Below are positions 58,170-64,000 of a DNA stretch of 64,000 bases, in pieces. Position numbers and translations under genes: made by a program. The number at the start of each line of letters is the position of its first letter. Within the stretch, counting starts at the first letter, position 1. Origin of the DNA: Candidatus Hydrogenedentota bacterium (GTDB lineage: Bacteria > Hydrogenedentota > Hydrogenedentia > Hydrogenedentales > SLHB01); NCBI GenBank assembly GCA_963668025.2, contig CAXXTH010000023.1:288001-352000 (forward strand). The letters run 5' to 3'. The notes under the pieces were generated by a model. That model was not told where the DNA came from, ran no database searches, and saw nothing but the letters and a program-made list of their open reading frames with translations.

Positions 58170-58384
58170 GCGATTTCCCTACAATCTCTGGAAGTCAGCT
58201 TATCAAGGTACTCCAGAAGCTGGGATTTGTCGTCGTCAGAGCCAAGGGAAGCCATCATTTCCTGAAGCATCCCGATGGACGTTGCACGGTTGTTCCTGTT
58301 CATCGGGGTGAAATGATTGGACGGGGTTTGCTCGCGCAAGTCTTGCGGGACTGTGAGGTTAGCCGAAAGGATCTCCCGATTTGA
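58166..58384 (+). CDS. hicA: HicA-family toxin
   Basis: LIKVLQKLGF...RAKGSHHFLKHPDGR.TVVPVH; ATGA overlap with hicB. Confidence 0.92.
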   Translation: MSDFPTISGSQLIKVLQKLGFVVVRAKGSHHFLKHPDGRCTVVPVHRGEMIGRGLLAQVLRDCEVSRKDLPI

Positions 58385-58555
58385 AGCGAGTTCCCGGCGT
58401 CGGAAAGAACAGGCAGGTTGAAGGCGTGTATAAAACGAAAATAACCGTGGAGCGCATTTGACGCCGAGGCCACGACTTGGCGCGGCCTTCCCCAGCCGCT
58501 CCGCCGAGTACACGCATCACTTTGAACGAAGCTATTGGGAAAAAGGTGGATTTTT

Positions 58556-58900
58556 ATGGACGGCACATTCTCGGAAGTGAAGCTGTTTCAGGTAAAACCA
58601 GATAAGCTCGCTGCATTTGAAAAACTAATCTCCCAAATTCAATCGGAACAGAAATCCCAGCCCGGGTGTCTCTATATTCGCTACATGAAGCGCTTCTATG
58701 TTTTGGATGAACTCAAACCCAGGCCACTAACACGAATCGTCAAATGCGTCAAATATTTCTCTTATTGGGAGTTTGACAGCGAGGAAAACTATGCTTCTGC
58801 GATCCGCTGGTTTTTCGATGTCCACGCCAAAGCGCTCTTCAAACTGCTGATTATGCCCTTCGACATTTATTGCGGCAATGCCATCAAAGACGACGCATGA
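58556..58900 (+). CDS. ABM/dimeric alpha-beta barrel-like protein
   Basis: FQVKPDKLAAFEK...QPGC...YWEFDSEE pattern. Confidence 0.55.
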   Translation: MDGTFSEVKLFQVKPDKLAAFEKLISQIQSEQKSQPGCLYIRYMKRFYVLDELKPRPLTRIVKCVKYFSYWEFDSEENYASAIRWFFDVHAKALFKLLIMPFDIYCGNAIKDDA

Positions 58901-59119
58901 CAAGGCCCCCAACCATATACACCTTGTTTTTAGTGTGCATTTTCTCATATTCGTGGTGATAGTCCAGATCCACGATTGCGGTCGTGCCGCACCTGTTGAT
59001 GCCCTTGCTTTTCTTTCATTTCAGAGGTTGCTTTTTATTTACGAAAAGGGTATTCTGCCGCTTGATAGTAAACGTTTTCTGTGTGCGCCCGCGCGCATCG
59101 GCCAAGGGAGCCTGAGATT

Positions 59120-61747
59120 ATGTTTTCACATCGTATCACCCTGTTTTCCGTCTTAGTCACCCTCGTATTCGGCATCATGCCATTCGCCCATGCGGGCGGG
59201 CAGGCCAACACGTTTTTCGCCATCAATGGGGCGAATCTCGATTGGGCGACGTTCCCGTTTGGCGAGATGAGGCCCTGGAACAGCGGCGGCAAAGAGGAGT
59301 TTCTATACTATCTCGATGAGAAATGTCCGGAACTAAATATAACGTCGATCCGCATTTTATTGTGGCCTGAAATTTTCAATAGGCAAACGAACAAACTGGG
59401 GCCGATGCTCGTCGAGTTTTGTGATCTCCTGGAATCGCGCCATATGACGTGCCTGTTCTGGATCTACACCACCGTACCCTCGCAAAGTGGTTTTACGGAT
59501 GCGAATGTAGGGCGCGAATCGAATCCGGCGTCGTTCGACGCCATCGTGGCGCGGGGTAAAACTCGTCTGGATGAAACCATCGGGTATCTGGCGGCCCATC
59601 GGTCGCAGAGCAAGGCTGTCCTGGGCTGGTCCATCGGCGACGGCGAGAACCCGTGGAGCGTGGCCAATATGGAGTACATCCGGGAACTCATCCCGTACGC
59701 TAAATCCATCGACCCCTACCATCCCGTGGGCAAGGAGTTTTACAACAGTATCGTGCGGGGCGTGCAGATTGTTGGGCTGCCGGACATGGCCGGCACGGAC
59801 ACGCTCCTGCAATTGCGGGATGTATATGACGAAGTGGATTATATCGGCTACGGCCTCTATCACCTGTGGGATGGAGCTTCGCCGCAACCGCTCAATTTCG
59901 AGCAATCCATCGCCCAGATCAACACCCAGAATCCCCAGAACAAACCCGTCATTATGGAAGAGTATGGCTTCACCATGGACAACCAGCCGAACGCCTCTTT
60001 TGATAACGCCCGCGTCAATCGCACATATGCTTCGACGGAAAATGTATTAGGCACGTATTTCTGGACATTGCATGCCAACTTCAACACCAATTCCGAAGAA
60101 TCTCCAAGCTGGGAAGACCCCAATTACGCCTCTTTTTTCTATGACAACGAGCAGACGTACCATATAGGCGCGACGAAGAATTGGGCAAAAATATATGGAC
60201 TAAAAACGCGCACCGGCGTGGCGGCGTCGTATACGTTCATGGACAAATATAGCGCCTTGGAAGCGTGGGACTACAGCGGCCATGGGCGTGAACTGAGCTT
60301 GTGCAATGGCGCATCTAAGGAGCCTGATGGCCGTACGGGATTCGGCCTGCAATTGGAAGCATCGAAGTCGCAATATGGCGCTCTGGACATTCCCACTTCA
60401 TCCCATGTGTTTTTCGAGGGCTGGGTGCGCCCTGCGGTATTGAAAGACGCCGGATTGTTCAGCGTGCCCGATGTGTTCCGCATTGCCTTGGACGCGGGCG
60501 GCCGGGTGCGCGTGTGGGCCAATGTGGGGGATGGATGGCAGGAACAATGCGCCAGCGCCATCGCGCTGGCTGCCGGGGCGTGGGCGAAAATCGCGGTGTC
60601 ATATGATGGCGCCTATTGGCGGCTCTGCATGAACAACATTGAAGACCAAACCGCGCCACACGTGGGTGCGCTGCCTATATCCAGTATGTCGAGGGCGTAT
60701 CTGGGCCGTTATGATGCAAGCAGCGGCTATTTCGACGGCGATCTAGATGAAGTGCTCATCGCTCCCGAACCGCCCCTGCTGGCGGGCTGGACGTTCGACC
60801 AAACGCTTACGCAGGATATGGCGTCTGCACCCGGCATGGACCTCGCTGTTTCCGGCATGACGCCGAGTGTGCAATACGCCAATGGCCCCCAGGCGCTTGT
60901 GGGCAAGGCGCTGCGCTTTGACGGCGTGGACGACAAGGCCGCCATTAGCAGCGCCCAATTGCAGCCAGACGGTATGGCCGTGGACTTCTATTTCGCTGCC
61001 TACCGCCCTCATAACACCACGGGGCAGACCCTCGTGAGCTGCGGTTATGGCGAATCGGGGAATTACGGTTCCGGCTGGAGCGTGTTCATCAAAAACCAGG
61101 CGCTCCACTTCGCAGTAAACCTGGACGAACAGGCGGGCGGCGCGGAGATCGATTTAGTCCATTCCACTGCCATCGATATTTCCACCGTTGGCGGCGAGAA
61201 ATGGCATCATGTGCGGGCGTCCTATGACGGCGAAACGGCGCGCCTTGCGCTGGATGGCGATGAAGCCACGAATGACACCGGCTCCGGGCCTATCCAATAT
61301 CTGGAGGATAGCTTGTTTACACTGGGCATGTTCTCGAGCCAGGGGAGCAGTGCGGACTATTTTGATGGCATGCTCGATGATATCGAGTTCTATTCGACCG
61401 GAATGACGCCGCCCGAGGCCCTACCCCGAACAGGTTCGTTGAGGGTGAATATCGAACCACGGGAGGCCCAGCAAGGCCAAGTGAAATGGAGCATCGATGG
61501 CGGGCAGACATGGCTCGACAATGGCGCAACCCTCACGGGCCTTGCCCCTTGCCGGTATGCCATCACGTTCTCGGCCCTCGTCGGCTGGACGCCTCCCGAG
61601 ACTCAGGAAGTGTTGGTCTATATTGGAGAAGAGACAAGTGTGACGGGTGCCTATGAGCGCAGCGGAGAGGTGCCCGTCATGGGAGCCATTGGAATAGCAA
61701 GTTTAGTAGGTGTTTCATTTGCCGTAAGCATGCGCAGGATTCGTTGA
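59120..61747 (+). CDS. Surface glycoside hydrolase (GH5-like barrel) + two LamG domains + PEGA-like module + C-terminal anchor
   Basis: Signal peptide; VLGWSIG, IDPYHPV, KPVIMEEYG, YFW; LamG motifs FDGDLDEV and FDGMLDDI; C-terminal VPVMG + TM + RRIR. Confidence 0.8.
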   Translation: MFSHRITLFSVLVTLVFGIMPFAHAGGQANTFFAINGANLDWATFPFGEMRPWNSGGKEEFLYYLDEKCPELNITSIRILLWPEIFNRQTNKLGPMLVEFCDLLESRHMTCLFWIYTTVPSQSGFTDANVGRESNPASFDAIVARGKTRLDETIGYLAAHRSQSKAVLGWSIGDGENPWSVANMEYIRELIPYAKSIDPYHPVGKEFYNSIVRGVQIVGLPDMAGTDTLLQLRDVYDEVDYIGYGLYHLWDGASPQPLNFEQSIAQINTQNPQNKPVIMEEYGFTMDNQPNASFDNARVNRTYASTENVLGTYFWTLHANFNTNSEESPSWEDPNYASFFYDNEQTYHIGATKNWAKIYGLKTRTGVAASYTFMDKYSALEAWDYSGHGRELSLCNGASKEPDGRTGFGLQLEASKSQYGALDIPTSSHVFFEGWVRPAVLKDAGLFSVPDVFRIALDAGGRVRVWANVGDGWQEQCASAIALAAGAWAKIAVSYDGAYWRLCMNNIEDQTAPHVGALPISSMSRAYLGRYDASSGYFDGDLDEVLIAPEPPLLAGWTFDQTLTQDMASAPGMDLAVSGMTPSVQYANGPQALVGKALRFDGVDDKAAISSAQLQPDGMAVDFYFAAYRPHNTTGQTLVSCGYGESGNYGSGWSVFIKNQALHFAVNLDEQAGGAEIDLVHSTAIDISTVGGEKWHHVRASYDGETARLALDGDEATNDTGSGPIQYLEDSLFTLGMFSSQGSSADYFDGMLDDIEFYSTGMTPPEALPRTGSLRVNIEPREAQQGQVKWSIDGGQTWLDNGATLTGLAPCRYAITFSALVGWTPPETQEVLVYIGEETSVTGAYERSGEVPVMGAIGIASLVGVSFAVSMRRIR

Positions 61748-61782
61748 GCAGTTTGTATGTCCTTTAGCTTCTGCTTTACGCC

Positions 61783-62397
61783 CTATCTTTGATATGTGGG
61801 TTCCGATTTCGTCAATCGTTCATTCATCTCCGAGAGTTGGATCTGCATCCGCAGAATATCCTCTTGCACTTTCAGTGTGGATTGCTCTACGACGTTCTTG
61901 AGCAGGAATGCCACGCCCATGACCAAAAACACCAACGAAGAAAGCAGCATGATGGTTCCGTGATACGGATGCTCCGCCATGTTCCCCGCAAGCATCATTG
62001 AGATCGTTGACTGAATCACCACGATCCCCCATGTAAGGCCCGTGTAGAGGTTGGGAAAGCGTTTGCGGTTATAATATCCCTTGATTACGATCCACAGACT
62101 GGCAACGGCAAACGCCAATCCAAACAATGACCCAGCAAGAAAACCGCCTCGCGCCAGCCAAGGCAATCCTATCGATTTTATTAGCCCCACGTAACCGAAC
62201 AAGACGAAAAATCCTATGCACATTAAGCCGGAGAGGGCAAATGAGATCCGCTGCACGGGTGACAGCACTTTCTTGTGCATCCCGGCCAATTCCTTCTCAA
62301 ACATGGCGTTCAATCTCCTTTCGTATTCCGATTTGATTTCGGGGCGTATTTGTTCTTGCGCCAACAATTCTTCGCGTATTTTTCTGGAGTTCGTCAT
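61783..62397 (-). CDS. Four-TM membrane protein, putative anti-sigma partner
   Basis: Overlaps the sigma gene stop (ATGA); four hydrophobic segments. Confidence 0.65.
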   Translation of the reverse strand: MTNSRKIREELLAQEQIRPEIKSEYERRLNAMFEKELAGMHKKVLSPVQRISFALSGLMCIGFFVLFGYVGLIKSIGLPWLARGGFLAGSLFGLAFAVASLWIVIKGYYNRKRFPNLYTGLTWGIVVIQSTISMMLAGNMAEHPYHGTIMLLSSLVFLVMGVAFLLKNVVEQSTLKVQEDILRMQIQLSEMNERLTKSEPTYQR

Positions 62398-62954
62398 TGG
62401 CCTTTCTCCCTTGTGAGGAGGACGCGCAGGTTTCCCCGTGCGCGGTGTAGGCGGCTTTTAATGGTTCCTACCGGTGCGCCCGCGATCTCCGCAATCTCCT
62501 GAATGGAGAATTCTTCCAGAAAGAACAACGTCAATACTTCACGTTCCGTGGGCGGCAGGTGGGCCAGACCCTCGTGAATCGCCGCAGCGGTGTCCAGATA
62601 TCCCCAATCCAGTTCTTTTGTGTCATCGATGAGTGCGCCTGGCCCATCATCCTCAGGCAAGGGCTCGCACCGGCGCTCGCGCCGTTGATGGTCGATCATC
62701 GTGTTGCGCGCGATCCGGTAAAGCCATGGCGTAAGCGTCCCGGCAGACTTGACGCTCGAAATGGAACGCATCACTTTGACCCAAACCTCCTGGAGCACAT
62801 CCCAAGCGTCTTCCTCACGCTCCATGAACCGGCGCAAGTAGTAAAAGAGCGGCCGTTCATACAATTCAATCAGCATGCGGAATCCTTCATTTTCCCGCTG
62901 GCCGCATTTCAGCAGGATGAAGCGATTTTTTAGCAGCCGCACTTCGTTGTTCAT
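62394..62954 (-). CDS. ECF sigma-70 factor
   Basis: DAWDVLQEVW, PWLYRIARN, REVLTLFF.EE.S.QEIAEI...PVGTIKSRLHRAR. Confidence 0.93.
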   Translation of the reverse strand: MNNEVRLLKNRFILLKCGQRENEGFRMLIELYERPLFYYLRRFMEREEDAWDVLQEVWVKVMRSISSVKSAGTLTPWLYRIARNTMIDHQRRERRCEPLPEDDGPGALIDDTKELDWGYLDTAAAIHEGLAHLPPTEREVLTLFFLEEFSIQEIAEIAGAPVGTIKSRLHRARGNLRVLLTREKGQ

Positions 62955-62984
62955 TCAGTCCTCTCATCGGGTTTCACTCATTAA

Positions 62985-63009
62985 GACGAGTCTATGCATG
63001 AAAAGGTTC
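62985..63009 (-). promoter_or_regulatory. ECF-type autoregulatory promoter
   Basis: Minus strand GAACC-N16-CGTC, 30 nt upstream of the ECF start. Confidence 0.6.
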
Positions 63010-63155
63010 GTTTAAAAGTATAACAATTTCTATGTGACCCGGTGTTTATGAACAGATCAAAAACGCGGCTTTTCCCACAGGATAATCATTGAGCGAGAGG
63101 AGGGTAAGGTTAGATATATGTGGTATATTCATGAATCATTTTTTGTAAACAATCA

Positions 63156-64000
63156 TCAATAAGCTGTTTGTGTAAAAAAAATGTTGAAGTCATTCATTAT
63201 TCCATCTTTAATCGTAATCTCGTAAGGTTCAAGTGTGGCTAACACTCTGGATAGATTTGGCGCATAATACTCGGCACACAGCAAGGCTACGCCTGGGCGT
63301 ACCCCATCGAGACGGATCTCGTTGCCGTATTCACAGAAGGTGTAGAATTTCTCTGTCTCTCCAGTTCCGAACCGGTACTCGAGTTCGACTTGTATGCTGC
63401 CGCCGTTGGAGGCTAAGTAATCGTTCCCCTCGACATTAAAAACTGCTGTAGCAGTTCCTTGGTATACTTCAATATTTGACACCTTTTCTTCAGAACCTTT
63501 GAACATCACAGGGGCTTCGATGACACGGCCTTGTGCGCCGAACATGGGATTCAGGCGCAACGTGAGTTCTCCTGTGGGAATGCCATGGAATGCATAGTTG
63601 CCCTCGTTGTCTGTTTTGCATTCCTGGTTATAGCCGGTTTCATGTTCACTAATCTGTTGGGAAAGCTCGATCCGTAGATTCTTAAGAAATTCGCCGTTTC
63701 GAGTCACGGTCCCGCGAAGCTGCGCCCCGCGCCGCAAATGGATTTCCACATGGAGTTCCTTGCCGGCGGAAATGGTTACGGGCATCTCCCCGGGAGCATA
63801 ATCGGAATGCCATGCCCTGAGCGGCCACGTTCCTGTGCGGGCGCCTTGTATGACGAATGCGCCTTCGGCGTTGGTTCGCGTGTTGCCGTCGATGAATCCG
63901 TCGTCAATTCCCACAGTCGCGTCTCGAACAGGTTCGCCCTGCGGATTCAACACCCGCCCGAAAATCATACTTGCCTTTTCGAGACGAATGACCACATGGT
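63156..64000 (-). CDS. Carboxypeptidase regulatory-like repeat protein (5' end outside the window)
   Basis: IFGRVLNPQGEPVRDATV, TNAEGAFVI, TDNEGNYAF repeats. Confidence 0.75.
   Translation of the reverse strand, partial: HVVIRLEKASMIFGRVLNPQGEPVRDATVGIDDGFIDGNTRTNAEGAFVIQGARTGTWPLRAWHSDYAPGEMPVTISAGKELHVEIHLRRGAQLRGTVTRNGEFLKNLRIELSQQISEHETGYNQECKTDNEGNYAFHGIPTGELTLRLNPMFGAQGRVIEAPVMFKGSEEKVSNIEVYQGTATAVFNVEGNDYLASNGGSIQVELEYRFGTGETEKFYTFCEYGNEIRLDGVRPGVALLCAEYYAPNLSRVLATLEPYEITIKDGIMNDFNIFFTQTAY

Overview
GC-rich bacterial chromosome segment. Gene content and protein styles suggest Candidatus Hydrogenedentes or a similar lineage; this is an inference, not a database result. Left to right the window holds: a type II NADH dehydrogenase running off the left edge; a VIT1/CCC1 iron exporter; a surface protein; a DUF4846 protein; an exopolysaccharide cluster (GT4, epimerase, Wza, frameshifted Wzc); a frameshifted ECF sigma factor coupled to a large anti-sigma/TPR-like membrane protein; an operon of four small peptides (44-70 aa, three of them missed or mis-started by the ORF track) sharing an N-terminal MKH(I/V)...PA(K/R)A leader followed by unrelated cores; cheX; a sigma54-driven flagellar hook/basal-body/motor cluster (flgB to fliP, minus strand) with a repeat-expanded FliK and a FlgE carrying a nested duplicated domain; a 3x tandem array of ~1.64 kb units encoding mosaic 431-aa secreted proteins, with a fourth paralog at 55.4-56.7 kb; several glycoside hydrolases; REP-like hairpins with duplicated GxxExxY nuclease fragments; a hicBA module; and a second ECF sigma/membrane partner pair. 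The best candidate for an undescribed system is the conserved-leader peptide array at 14.6-15.7 kb, lying directly downstream of the ECF/anti-sigma pair and between the EPS and flagellar loci. No rRNA, tRNA or CRISPR array was recognised.
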